NCBI RefSeq assembly: GCF_021869535.1
Contig: NW_026262745.1
Coordinates: 10,788,001 to 10,852,000 of the forward strand
Direction of reading: 5' to 3'
DNA from: Mytilus californianus
Taxonomy: Eukaryota
Length of the DNA stretch: 64,000 nt
The notes below the pieces were generated by a model. The model made no database searches and was not told the origin of the DNA. It saw only the letters and a list, made by a program, of their open reading frames with translations. The position numbers were made by a program, and so were the translations under genes. Below, piece after piece: positions 35,901 through 48,266 of this stretch. Each line of letters begins with the position of its first letter. Position 1 is the stretch's first letter.

Positions 35901-38900
35901 AGAGAAAACAATTCTTTCGAAAATTTATTTTATTGTGAAATCAACAAGGAAAATGAAATTTGACCGTAATACTTTAATCTATCCCATTCTGCTTTGTCAC
36001 CATTCATAAAACAAACTACAAAAAAATACTACTCAAAGTGAAAAACTTCCTGTAGTGTATAACTATTTAACTGTCAGTGACCAGACAACATTTCACTTCC
36101 TGGTGTGGGAGTGATCACATATTAGTCGTTCCTGTTTACTTCAGTTAATATCGAATTAGATTCTTATCATTTATGAGGAGAAATTGATACAAAAATCAAA
36201 TAAAAAAGGTAACACAAATATTTGAATAAGTATTGATCTGGATTTCAGCAATGGAAAACAAGTATAATTCCTGAAATATTATCATGTCATTAAATATATC
36301 GATCATATTTGCCGAAAAAGACTTGTCCATTAACTTAATAACATATTACTTCTTTTAAATACTAGAAAAAATCAAGGCATACAATTCTAACTTGTATTGC
36401 TCTTAAAATGAAAATAAGGAGATGTGGTATGATTGCCAATGAGACAACTATCCACCACAGTTAGAAGCAATTATAGGCAACCGTACGGCCTTCTTGTTTA
36501 TAATCCATTTAAAGCATCATATAATCTATTCGATTTGTTTCTGTATTTGCAGTATATCTCATTATCAAATATGTTACTTTTCTTATCTGTAGAAATGTCT
36601 CCATAAGGCACCAACTTCGTATGCCTTCTATCAAAATATACTTGCCTTGTGAACTTGGGTCAATGTCAGCATAATATTAGTTTTATTATGATATGTTGGA
36701 TCTGTGTGTGTGTGTGTTTGAATTTCTATTGTCTAGATTGCATATATTATTATTCTTCAAAGATTAAAATTATAATGCAGGGACCCTAATTTGGGTAAAA
36801 AAAATAATCTTCTTCTGTAATTTGCACAAAAAATTGAAAACAACACGTTTAATAATTTCATGCGTCCGAAGCGCTTTTCTGGATTTACCTTCATCAGGAA
36901 CGCTCAATGCCAAACATTTGAAATCCGTGGGATGTTTAAGTACCGAAACAGTTGAAGAGCTATATGACAAAAATACTTAAAACAAATAGCCAAATTCATC
37001 TAAGGTCAACTTTGCCTGAGGGAGTTGAAACCTTAGTTTCTTTATAATTTCAAAATTTATAAACGGACAATTTTAGAAAAGTTTGTTATAAATCATGAAG
37101 TACTGACTACTGAGCTGATGATACCCTCGGAGACTGATAGTCCACCAGCAGAGGTATCGACCCAGTGATGTAAAAAATTGAAAACAACACGTTTAGTAAA
37201 TTCATGCGTCCGAAGCGCTTTTCTGGATTTACCTTCATCGTATGAGCGTTGTTTACTTTACATATTAAGAAAAAAATGCCATACTCACTGAATGAAGTCT
37301 CCACAAACAGCATTTTGTCTTCTTGTGCATGACAACAACTCGTACCGATTCTCTTGTGAGCAGTTCTTGCATGGTTGGCAACGGAAGGCTCTTCGATTAT
37401 TGTAGTGTCCATTCGAACATGGAATACAAGGTGTACAAGTTAATGCTCCATAATTTTCATCCCATCTAACTTTTTTGTTGACCTTAAAGTGAAAGAAATA
37501 TTTCTGCAAAGATGTGAAATTTCAAAACTGTAAAGGTTATCAATTGACCATTTGGCACGTACAATATATCTGCAAATCATTCTTAGGTTAAAAAAAAAGT
37601 CGTGTTGTTTGTTTATATCAGATTTTTTTATTTTGTTTTAATTCTAAGAGTTAGTGTATTCCTTTGGAATATAATATCAACTGTAATTTCAAAGTGTCTC
37701 AAATTATATATTTTCTCAAATTTTTTAGTAGAGGTGCTTACGGTAACATATGCCCAGTACACAGTTCATCGTTATTGGTTTTATCCAAATAATTCACCTT
37801 TGCTAAACTTTCAATTTAGGAACAGGGTAATTGTATGAAAACTAAAGATGCTGCACCCTCCCCCCGTTCTTGTCAAAGTTGCCTTAAAAAGATTTGCCTG
37901 TACCGTTCCGGTCTATATAATTTTGATACTCACAAAGAGTTCATTCTCAAAATATTTGTTTTGAAAATTCAAAATATTGCTTCGGGAAGGAATGCTAAGA
38001 ACATTAGGTATAATACTTTTTTGAAAGACAGCAATTTACAGAAAACGAAGCGTACAACAGAAATGAAAAATATGTAGAACTGAACAAAGGACAAATTATG
38101 AGTAGCATTGGGAAACTATTAACAATACATGAATAAAGGTTTCTTCCGTAATCTAATTTTAAACTATTTGATCAAAAGTTCATAGATGTTAAAACATAAT
38201 TACTTCAAGAATAATTATTTAAGTTATCAACAATCATCATAAAGTAACTTACATCAACTCTGTCCTTTCCTGCTCCTCGCAGACAACTGTCACATTTCTC
38301 GCACGTCTCTAACTGTGTATGGTAATACACATTGTCGTCTGGCAAACATAATTCAGCAACAGATAATCCAAGACAAAGAACTATTACACTAACACGAACT
38401 ATGCTGCAAAACACAGATACGAAGCTTTATTTCATGTAGGTGGCCTGTTGAAAGGAATATAACCTCAATTTTTCGTGGCAGTTTATATTACCCGTCCTTC
38501 ATTCCAGGGGACATACCTTGCGGAGCCTTTACCTATTGTGTTAATTATCAATTTTTTTATTTCTTCATGACAATGCATGTTTATCACTGGACGCTTATCC
38601 AGCAACAATCAATCATTTCGTGTGCATACTGCTGATATTGGTACTACCTCAGGAATATGGAAATGAAACTTTATAAATGTATATATTTATCAAAACTTAG
38701 GATATATGGAACTAAAGATGACCTTCCCAGAACTCGTTAGTCATATATGAAATAAAAGGTGAACACTAATTTGAGGAAAGGGCAACAAGAATTGTGAATT
38801 CCTACCGATGTTCACCTACTAGTATTTGTGTACAACTGAAAAACCCTTGAACATTGCACCGTTTTAAAAAAATCAATATTATGTGGAATTAGTCTTAAAC

Positions 38901-39321
38901 AGAAAATGTATAAATAATCTTGAATATTGCACCGTTTAGTAAAAAAAATTCAATCTAATGTGGAATTTATTCTGAACACCAAATTTATAAATGATCGATG
39001 ACCATAAAAGTAAACAACCTTGAAATATTGAATTGATACGAATATTGTTGAGGGCAAATAATACTAAAAGTTTTACAAAGTATACAATGTACGAATATGC
39101 ATTACCATTAATCAACAAGTCCTAGATAATACAAAGTCGTTCGTACACATCAAGGTTTTTTCTTTTTATTATTGTTTTATGTCTTATTCTGTCGTATTTC
39201 ATTTTATATTATTGTATAATTTTGTCAGTTTTAAATATATTTTCATGATTTTAAGTTACTTGTTTGTATTGTACAGCATTTGATTAAAATGTGAATCTGT
39301 TAAATGTGCTGACCTGATCAT
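32384..39321 (-). CDS. TNFR-superfamily gene B (paralog of A), 365 aa (373 with the alternative acceptor)
   Basis: join(39314-39321, 38253-38403, 37289-37482, 34900-34946, 34130-34240, 33400-33439, 32384-32930) = 1098 nt, open frame, GT-AG. Signal peptide MISIVRVSVIVLCLGLSVA, 12 Cys, TM LLTWVISAVGSVLVFVAIIVCLLLL then KKK. Confidence 0.9.
33400..33439 (-). CDS. Gene B juxtamembrane exon (40 nt)
   Basis: TTTTTCAG|...AA|GTAAGT, phase 1 to 2. Confidence 0.85.
34130..34240 (-). CDS. Gene B transmembrane exon (111 nt)
   Basis: TCTTTCAG|...GAGA|GTAAGT; SSYLLTWVISAVGSVLVFVAIIVCLLLLKKKLKQSE. Confidence 0.92.
34900..34946 (-). CDS. Gene B stalk exon (47 nt; alternative start 34970)
   Basis: TTTGACAG|...TCAG|GTACAA; TEVPVTYSTRESIPS. 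Confidence 0.8.
36825..37250 (-). mobile_element. Hammerhead retrozyme: one 344-nt monomer flanked by direct repeats
   Basis: About 66-bp direct repeats (TGCGTCCGAAGCGC at 36861 and 37205); the second is truncated inside the ribozyme core. Confidence 0.85.
36862..36903 (-). ncRNA. Minimal type I hammerhead ribozyme, sense to gene B pre-mRNA
   Basis: Stem I GCGUUC/GGACGC (6 bp), CUGAUGA, weak stem II (GG/CC with A.A first pair), GAAA, palindromic AGCGCU stem III, UUC triplet; cleavage between 36868 and 36867. Confidence 0.7.
37289..37482 (-). CDS. Gene B CRD exon (194 nt)
   Basis: CACTTTAAG|...CA|GTGAGT; VNKKVRWDENYGALTCTPCIPCSNGHYNNRRAFRCQPCKNCSQENRYELLSCTRRQNAVCGDFI. Confidence 0.95.
38253..38403 (-). 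CDS. Gene B signal peptide/CRD1 exon (151 nt)
   Basis: TTTTGCAG|...GAT|GTAAGT; ...ELCLPDDNVYYHTQLETCEKCDSCLRGAGKDRVD. Confidence 0.95.
39314..39321 (-). CDS. Gene B start exon (coding part ATGATCAG)
   Basis: ATGATCAG|GTCAGC, phase 2; same as gene A. Confidence 0.72.
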
Positions 39322-39439
39322 GTTGTCGACTATGTTTGCACCACGACCGTCATCTGAATGTGCTTCAACGCAAATTAGCTTATTTCATAAAATAACAACT
39401 TAAAATACTTTTAAATTGAACTTTCCGCTCAATTACGAA

Positions 39440-39500
39440 ATAGGAAGAGATTTAATAAGTTCATCACGTGTTAACTTTATATCTACTTCCTATTAAACTA
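39440..39500 (-). promoter_or_regulatory. Gene B proximal promoter
   Basis: CACGTG 39465-39470, ACTTCCT 39485-39491; same motifs and order as upstream of gene A. Confidence 0.5.
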
Positions 39501-40289
39501 TATACATGTATTGCTGTACAAAGCATTTAAATAGACCAATAAAAGCAGGTGATTATTTTTAATACAGTTCGTGATAACAGTTATACAGGTGCATCTGTAT
39601 CAATAAAGCCCCTTTTAATGTCAGATGATATATATGGCAACACAGATGTACTTATTATTACAAATATCTTTTTTTATATTTAAAGGGTGTTTTACATATA
39701 TTGTTCACATAACAGCATATAAACGGTTATGGATTTTCAATTTACAAACCCGTTTTCACTTGCAATAAGTTTTTCGTAACTCTAAAATATCGGTCTAACA
39801 AAATCAAGAAATCACTGAATTAATCTTTCTGGGTACCTTTGTCTTAGAGAGAATACAGAATTCTACAAAACAAAAAAATCTAAAAACAAATTCAAAATGG
39901 AAAACTTTAAAACATTAGATGAAACAAATGTGTGGAATGTTGTACACAGATTAACGTTGAGAAATTACAAAAGATCACATATTCCTACACTGTTCCTGGT
40001 TTTTTGTATAAAACAAATTAAGTATTTGAAGCTTGCTTTATATCTATTTGTAGTTTTTTTTTTAAATGTACCGATATTATTTAGTGTAGTTTTACTTGTA
40101 TTTTTGTTTGTCATTATGTTATACAACGAGATTGTAATTGAACGTATCTTCAATATAATTTTTGTTAATCCATTCATAGACTAGAAATAGTTTAACCCGC
40201 ATACATGTAATGTGGCTATCAAAAGTCGAGAACCTGGTTAATTATTTTATATACTGCAATTTACGTATTATTGTTCCCTTTAAAGATTC

Positions 40290-40720
40290 GGAGTTGATCC
40301 CATCCAAAGGTAACTGGGGAGTAGAAATATGGTCATCCTTGGTGTTCTTCCGACTATAAGTAAAAAGAGGAGCGTCCGTTTGGCTTTGTGGGATGTACAA
40401 GTACGCTGCCATGTCAGGTCAGAATGGGGACGTTAAATTTGATGCCTCGTGTGAAGAGAGTGCCACAATCTTTTCATACGGTAGGAAATCTTGCAACAAC
40501 TCTTTGAGGGGTCTATAGGTGACCTATTGCAATGCAAAATATCTGTTTCTTTCCAATATACCCTTATTTTCCAGTGGCAGTCCAAATTTCCCGACCTTAA
40601 TCCCTTACGCCCTCTATCACAGGACCTACCTATTGTATGTATTGTTAATGTGTTCTCGTCCTGAACATGAACATGAAATATTTGCCACTGGACGTTAACC
40701 AATTTACAATCAATTAATCG
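40290..40720 (+). mobile_element. Retroposon, same family as 11168-11590
   Basis: Collinear match ending ...GCCACTGGACGTTAACCAATTTACAATCAATT. Confidence 0.75.
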
Positions 40721-41084
40721 GTCGGAGTTGATCTCTGGAAGTAACACGAAGGCGATGTAGTGCTTAAATATTGTATTGACCCATGAATAATGTTAATGTA
40801 GACTCGGTTTTTTAAGAAATTGGGTTGCTGTCACATTGACGGACAACTAACATGTTTTATTAAAATCTAGAAAATGAAATTAAGTGGCATTACATGAATG
40901 ATTGTAGTTAGTGAAAGATAGGCTGAGCGCGCAATATAAGCTTTTTCATAACAAATGCTAGCCAGTGGAACTTTAGAAATGGCTGTGTACGATGGTCAGA
41001 TATATAAAATAAAAAGGCACAATAAGTTTCATTTAGGAATTCTACCACTAAACCAACATTACAATTAATATGTCTTCTTTGTGA

Positions 41085-41175
41085 AAAATTAAAACAACAC
41101 ATTTCAAATTGCATAACCTCCGAAACGCTTTTCTGGATTTACCTTCACTAGGAGGTGAACGCTCAAAACGCTCAA
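41085..41175 (-). mobile_element. Hammerhead retrozyme fragment, core mutated
   Basis: CCGAAACGCTTTTCTGGATTTACCTTCACTAGGA matches the 36862 family. Confidence 0.65.
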
Positions 41176-42240
41176 AACCGAAAACAATATAAAAAAAATC
41201 ATGTAATGTATATGTTGTCTCACATTGAATACTATTCAGAGTAGTGATTTTCATCATAGTTAATTAGATAATTTATTTTGTTTCATTTTATATTTTTAAT
41301 ATTCATTTTCGAGTGTGGGGTGTGGTACTAAAAATACACAGAATATCGGGTTTTATGTAAATTGATACCGTAAAGTATGAACCACGAGTGACAAAGTGAA
41401 ACTTGTTTTCAAGGGAGCGCAGTGCAGCATCACACAATTTTAAGCTACTGATATTTAACTATATTAATATTCAGATAACCCGATAATCTGTTTATAATAC
41501 TTTATCTGGTAATTTTTTTGTTTCCTCCCTTAGATATTATCCGGCATGCATGATTGTTTAGATTTGGTTGTTTTACAAGAAGTTACATTAATTTGTTGTG
41601 CTCTATTGTGACGTCGCAAATAATTTCTCCTACAACGATGTGACGTCAAAACATCGACATTAAGAACAACAAAAGTTGGATGATACAAATATTGCATCTA
41701 CCATTTATTAACTGTAATACAAAAAAGTACATATTTAGTCCACAAATTTTGTATTTACCACTGTTGAAATTGAATGCTACACATGTGCACGAAAACAAAC
41801 ATTTATTTTTTTTTCAAATCAACATATAACGAGAGGAAGAAAGGGGAAAAAAAAAGCGTACAAGGTGATTTCATAACACTTCACATAGCTATGTAATAAT
41901 AAGTGTTTTAATAGTTAAAGTTCACAAATAAACCTGTCGATCACATTTCAATCAAGACAAAACAAGTTGAATGAAACATTATTAATGACTTTTATAAATA
42001 CATTATAAATTTTCCAAAACTATAAAAAAAAATCATGAAATAAAACTGCCTATATGTATTAATAGTTCAGATAAATTTACCTGTTTTAAAGTTGGATCTG
42101 TTGGTACTATGCGGTGAGAGTTTAAAAGGTCAACGATAAGTACTTGAGGTTCGTATTGGTCAGGAAACAACCAATTTTAGCACTCGCACTTCTTTGTTAT
42201 ATTATACTTTAGTTAACTAAAAATCGTTGTATGTGCATAT

Positions 42241-42425
42241 AAAAATAAGAAGATGTGATATGATTGCCAATGAGACAACTCGCCACAAGAGACAAAATGA
42301 AATAGAAATTAACAACTATAGACCACCGTACGGCCTTCAACAATGAGTAAAACCCATACCGCATAGTCAGCTATAAAAAGGCCCCGAAATGACAAATGTA
42401 AATCAACTCGAACGAGAAAACTATC
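42241..42425. mobile_element. Repeat family 1, partial
   Basis: Matches 1866-2045. Confidence 0.85.
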
Positions 42426-42829
42426 GGCATACTTGATCACACAGATTGGTTGGGGTATGCTACCTAATTGATGCAAACGTTTTGATATTTACTATTTTGC
42501 AATGACAAAAAAAGTGTTACAGAAGGACAGCAACCTGCGTTTCTGTTTTGCTTTCTATTTGATCGTCGTAATTTATAAATCCAAATTCAAAAGACCACAA
42601 AAGTATATAGAACGCTGATGAGTACAATAGTTTTTGCAATCCGTCAAAGCATAATTTAGAATATTCTATGGTACTGCAGCATTCATCTACATTGTTTCAT
42701 TATTACATACCTTTATGAGAAGACAAAATAATTTACGATTGACTTACTTGGAAGGCACGATACGAATGATTTCGATGACAAAAATATGCGTGTTATACAT
42801 CATTTTGTAGATTTATAACCAAACAGTAA

Positions 42830-43095
42830 GCTCATCATAGTTACCAGGATTACAAATGTTGTACGTAAGACGCGGGGCTTGCTAAAAAATGTCTCTAGAA
42901 ATAAAACAAAGTTAAAAATGAAAAATAAAGTACGAAGTTGAAGACCATTGAAGGCTCCAGAATTATCAAGGTTTTGCAAATACAGCTTAGGTAGTCTTTT
43001 CCTGGTGTTGGAAATCCTTAGTATTTCGAAAAATTCAAAGTTTTCTTAACAGTAATTAAGAGCTATGTAATTATAACCATATCAATTATAAAGTA
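42830..43095 (-). mobile_element. Decayed hammerhead retrozyme
   Basis: Inverted relative of 25725-26045. Confidence 0.65.
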
Positions 43096-43195
43096 GGATA
43101 GTGTCATTTAAAAAAAATGCGATTTGGGTGAAATCTATTATATTAAGGTATATAGGTAATATTTTTCAGATACAAGTGCCTGTGATCAAAGGCCC

Positions 43196-43475
43196 TTGAT
43201 GTTGAGGAGACCACCGGGCCGGCTTCGTCACGAATTACCTTTGAAAATAGTTGAAGATAAAGTTGTACGCGGAAACGGACCTACCTCAGTCGAATCCAAA
43301 CTCGAGTACTTGCTTTCTGGACCTTTAAAATCAGAAAAATCAAAGTTGTCAACAGCGTCGAGTATTTTAAATGTAGATATTTCAAATAAAACCCAGAATC
43401 ACAACTTAGAAGCCTTTTGGAAGATTGAGGCTATATGAATCGAATCTCCAGGAGTACACGAAAAAGAGTCGGATG
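43196..43475 (+). mobile_element. BEL/Pao LTR retrotransposon fragment (protease-to-RT linker region)
   Basis: KIVEDKVVRGNGPTSVESKLEYLLSGPL...NLEAFWKIEAI*IESP resembles the BEL/Pao GxGPxAxxSKLGYLLSGP and LExFWxLExIGI motifs; in-frame stop. Confidence 0.75.
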
Positions 43476-43789
43476 ATAAAAAAATGTGCCCACATCTGTA
43501 TGACAAAACGTGAAACCATGCAATGAGAAAACCAACTTATGCTACCCATGAATATGGATTCGCATGGTGGGTGATGCATGAATAGCTGGATACGGTTAAC
43601 ATGTCGACGCATTTGGTCTCGCTCCAAGAGTTCACGAGTTTATCTCAATTTTGTTTGTTATCTTGAATTGTCTTCTTAATCGATTGAATCGATTTGAACA
43701 TTGGTAAACTACTCTTGCGTTAATTTATGCTTAAACAATTAATGAAAAACAAATATGGCAGACAAAATCAAACTACAGGTCTGGAGCTG

Positions 43790-44235
43790 GCATGTCAGTA
43801 ACTGCTAGTAGTCTTTGATCAATTTATGTTGATCATTGTCATTTTGCGTAGTTTCTTCTGATACCTATTCTAACATTGAACACGGACTTCTATTTACTGA
43901 GGTTAATTGTGCGTATTGCTGTGTGTTTGTTTATTCCACATTGGCTAGAAGTATAGGGGATGATTGAGATCTCACAAAAGATGTTAAACCCCCCCCGCAT
44001 ATTTATCTCCTGTCCCAAGTCATGAACCTCTAGCCGTTGTATATGTATTGAGATTTCCATTTCGCTGAACTAGTACACATATTGTTTAGGACCCAGCTGT
44101 AACCTACCTCCAGAGCGGAATTTTCACACTGCATTGAAGACCCATTGGTGGTCTTGTGTTGTTTTCTGCTCTTTGCAATTGGTCGGTTGTATTGAGTGTT
44201 GTATATTTGACACATTCCCCGTTGACATTCTTTAT
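43790..44235 (+). mobile_element. Solo 3' fragment of the PLE at 29954-31280, with decayed twister motif
   Basis: Reverse complement of about 29960-30450; GAGGG lost, P5 strands and L4 TCCCAAGT retained. Confidence 0.8.
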
Positions 44236-44514
44236 TCTAAAGAAATTGAATTATTAGATACTGATGCTGACTTGGGACAGACAAAAAAAATGTGACGGCG
44301 TCAAACATGTTTGTGAGTGCTTAAATAATGCCTTAACCTGGGTTAGTGGTGATACAGAAAAAACAAACGAACAAACTGTAAAAAAGCAGTTAAAATTAAA
44401 GAACCTTTGCGAGCACTCTCACATACCCCCCGCCCTCACAATGTTACTGGGCAAACAAAATCTCAACAGATTCCTAATTTCAAAGACTCATAACTCTACA
44501 AAAGTCTAGTGATA

Positions 44515-45005
44515 AAAGTTTCATGCGGATATCTACATATAATGTCCTCATTGCATTGATTATAAAGTTTCATGAAATTCTGTGGTATGGTTTCAGAGAA
44601 GTTGCGATGACAAACTGTTGCAGTTGTATATTCAGGTCAAAACTCTAAGTTAAAAAAGGGCATCATACCTAGAAAAAAAATTGAATCATTACTTACTGTC
44701 GATATGCAGATCTACATAGTATGTCATAATCATCTATAAAGTTTTATGAAATTCTGTTGTTATGATGACAAACTTTTGCAGTATTATATGTAGCCCAAAA
44801 TTTTAAGTTCAAAGGGCATAACTCCTAGGAAAAACAATTAATCATAATTTCATGCCGATATGTCTTTGTTATCTACAAAGTATCGTGACATTCTATTGTG
44901 TGGTTTCAGAGGAGTTGCGATGAAAAGAGCATATGACTGATGGACTGTCGGACGGGTCAAAACATTATAATACTAATGCAACGTTGTTGAGTGGGATATG
45001 AATAA
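44515..45005 (+). mobile_element. HINE/pearl-like non-autonomous element with about 160-170-bp internal tandem units
   Basis: About 3 diverged units (TAAAGTTTT-ATGAAATTCTGT...GATGACAAAC), then a GACT/GACG microsatellite and a terminal hairpin-like GCAACGTTGTTG. Confidence 0.65.
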
Positions 45006-45304
45006 TATTCGCAGCTACTGAAAGCTAAATGAAAGCCAATTTCGAGTGATTTATGGTTACAATCAATTTTTTTCTCAAAATCAATGTATACACACCTAGT
45101 ATGGTTTTTACGGATTTGGTGTAAAGACGATATGAAATGTCTTAGAAATATGAAAATAAGAAGATGTTGAAAACTCTCCACAAGAGACCAAATGACAGAG
45201 AAATTAAGAACTATAGGTCACCGTACGGTCTTCAAAACGAGTAAAGCCCATACCGCATAGTGGTGTAACATAAGAATAAACTATAAAAATCAGTTTAAAA
45301 AATC

Positions 45305-47500
45305 TTAACTCATCAGATGGATACAAATAGAAATAAGTAAAGGTTTTAAGTAATTTGTGGTAACGAAATCTCCGACTTAATAATTTCCAGTAATACATAG
45401 ATTACGTTCATTGAAATCCAAAACGTCACAACATACACGGGCATAGCTAACGAATTATGATATATAAACATCGTAAGATGGTGCCAAAGGAACATCACCG
45501 TCCAAAAAGTAAAATTAGCAATAAGGAACGAAAAATTGTCCCTTTTGTCGTAAATTTTAGTGTTGATTTTCCCGTGTAAAACTGAAATATCTTAATCTAG
45601 GAAATTTATTACTGTTTATATTTGATTTATTAAAAGTAACTACCTTTGAGTAAATTTCGGCACTATTTTTAGAGATTTCTTGATTATTTAACGAAAAAAT
45701 ATCATCAAGATAAGGGTAAGTGTTGTTGAGTGTATGAATTTAATGCAATTTAGACAGGTCTTTACTGAGTTTGGTCATAAACTGTGATTCATAACAGTAC
45801 AAGAACAAGTCTGCTATTAAAGGGGGGCAATTGGTGCCCATAGGAATACCTACAACCTGTCGATAAACTTTATTGCCGAAACGTACATAAATATTATCCA
45901 GGAGAAAATTAACAGCTTCAACCATCTCATCACACCTCTAGTAAGTATATCTAGCATATTACCTATCTCAATAGTGAAGAAGGCTTTAAATGAGTTGCAG
46001 CAAATATATTTGCATTCAGATTTACCAAACGACCATTTAACTAAATAGGAAAACTTTTGTTTGATAAGATTGTGTGGAAGTGTAGTGTAAAGAGTTGATA
46101 AGTCAAAACTGTCAACAGAATCAAAAGAACCATCAAAAGCACGTAATTTATATAAAACATCCAAAGAATTTTTTCCACTAAAAAATAGTTAATTCCAATA
46201 TTTTCATATATTTTATTACAAAAGTTGATGATAAGTTCTTTGATAGTAGTTAAGGAATTAGTTAAAAGCACTGAAAGATTAGTTGTAGAACACTTACTAG
46301 AGGCCAAGATGAAACGATATTTTACTGGATTTTTGTGTAGTTTATATAACTAATACATAGTAGGGACCTTCAAATGTTCAGAAGAGGACTTAAGCTGTGA
46401 TGTGGTTTTGATATGATTGTTTACTATATTATGACTCTCTGTGGAGCGCACGATGTAGAATAATTCAAAATTTCATTCTTAAGAACGTCCGTGTAGTGTT
46501 TATGGCATACCACCACCCCATTGTTGGCTGCTTTGTCGGCCTGTACAAACACAAACCGCTTCTAAAGTACTTGAAGCTTGTTTCTTATTCTCTAGAAATA
46601 GGCGTATTATGTACTCTTTTATTTATTTCTGAATTATTTTCAAAATGTGATATTCGAATATCTACAACATTCATACATTTATAAAAACAAAAATGAAGAG
46701 ATTTTTTACCAGATTTTCCCCATTTACATCAATTTTTACAATACGATGAAAGAGCGTCTTTTGTGACCTGACGACACTGTTTCCAATCTATTTTAGATGG
46801 CGGACGATATTTTGGTCCTTTTTTCAAAATGTTTTTAACTACTCGGTCTTGAACTATATTGAGCTCACACTCCTTGAAAATATCATCAAGATAAGGGTAA
46901 GTGTTGTTGAGTGCATCAATTAAATGCAATTTAGACAGGTCTTTATTGAGTTTGGTCATAAACTGTGATTCATAACAGTACAAGAACAAGTCTGCTATTA
47001 AAGGGGCGCAATTGGTGCCCATAGGAATACCTACAACCTGTCGATAAACTTTATTGCCGAAACTAATTGTTACTAATTGATATTTTACACAGTTTACATA
47101 ATGATTGATGTCTACCATTGGTTTTAAATTTAGATAGAAGATCATCAGGTGGATAATTTGTACGAATTTTAGTTCGTTGATTTCGATTGATACGTTTGTC
47201 ATGAGACCTATTATATTACGTTGTCTTCTACATGTTCTATCAACAATATTCATGATATCAATAGAAGAAGTTTTAGATATGTTCCCTTGTCCCATTATAT
47301 TGTCATTTAGACCCAGGAGATATGTTGTCTGCAGTCGTTTAATCCAAGACATTTCGACAATTTTACGGGAATCTTCAAATTGTTTATGCGATTGCCCTTG
47401 TTGTTTGTGGATCGCTTCCAGTGGTTGGAATCTTGTGATTGTGTTTACCTAAATGTTGGTAGATTATACTTAGAACGCCTAAGTACAGGCGCGATTGTGT
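45305..47500 (-). pseudogene. Degraded Naiad-type Penelope-like element (GIY-YIG endonuclease N-terminal to RT)
   Basis: 5' to 3' on minus: EN end (FQPLEAI...EMSWIKRLQTTYLLGLND), KGPKYRPP, ASSKCSTT, FDLSTLYTTLPH, RQVVGIPMGTNC, YLDD, PSYDVYIS; many frameshifts and stops. EN-before-RT order defines Naiad/Chlamys PLEs (Craig et al. 2021). Confidence 0.88.
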
Positions 47501-48266
47501 AACCATAAACAAAACATTGTTATAAAAATGTGTTCATACACTTACCATGCCTTTAAAACCTCTTTTTGTAAAATTAAATTAAGCAAAAACCAAAAAACAT
47601 TACAATAACATGAACATGATGAACATGATGAATCAATAGAACTAAAAATAGAAATAAACCACAAAAAAGAATTATAATAATAACAATAATATTATTATAA
47701 CAATCATAATAAACATCACATAAACACAACAAGCAAACAAGTAAACACACAAATAATATACAATAACACACAACTAATATACAATAACACATTCATTCTG
47801 TCCCGTATGTCAATCCTATAAGTTATTTTTAGAAAAGGTTGTTTCCATAATTCGTCATTGTCGCCGGTTGGGTGAATTCTCTTTTATTTGAACTATACTA
47901 TATTGATTGTTGCTGCATATACCTTACGGTAAGAAAAGTATCTATTATTGCACACATAATCTAGCTAGAATAACGTATAAGCGTTTATATTAATGTTTTA
48001 TTGTCAGATTTTGAAAATGACATTCTTGCCATGTGTAGACGTGACCCGATTTTATGACGTAATACTTATTCTACAATATATAATCTTTTGACCGAACTGT
48101 AATGTTTAAAAATCATTTATTCAATTATTCTTTTGATTGATTGTAGTATAAACTTTTATGATGCGAAAATTAACAAGATAATCGCATGAGTATTTGATGC
48201 AAAGCAGCCATTGCAGGTTCATTCATTTATAAATCAATGGGGTTAAAATTCCCATTTTCTATTTTT

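Noticed and set aside
35930-36150. Intronic cluster of ETS- and IRF-like motifs in gene B
   Set aside because: Short motifs in AT-rich DNA with no counterpart identified in gene A.
38517-38578. Alternative first exon for gene B (MHCHEEIKKL...)
   Set aside because: In frame with a good donor, but not conserved in A and gives a poorer signal peptide than the shared ATGATCAG exon.
45305-47500. Selenocysteine-encoding Naiad
   Set aside because: No in-frame TGA at recognisable Cys positions; the copy is too degraded to judge.
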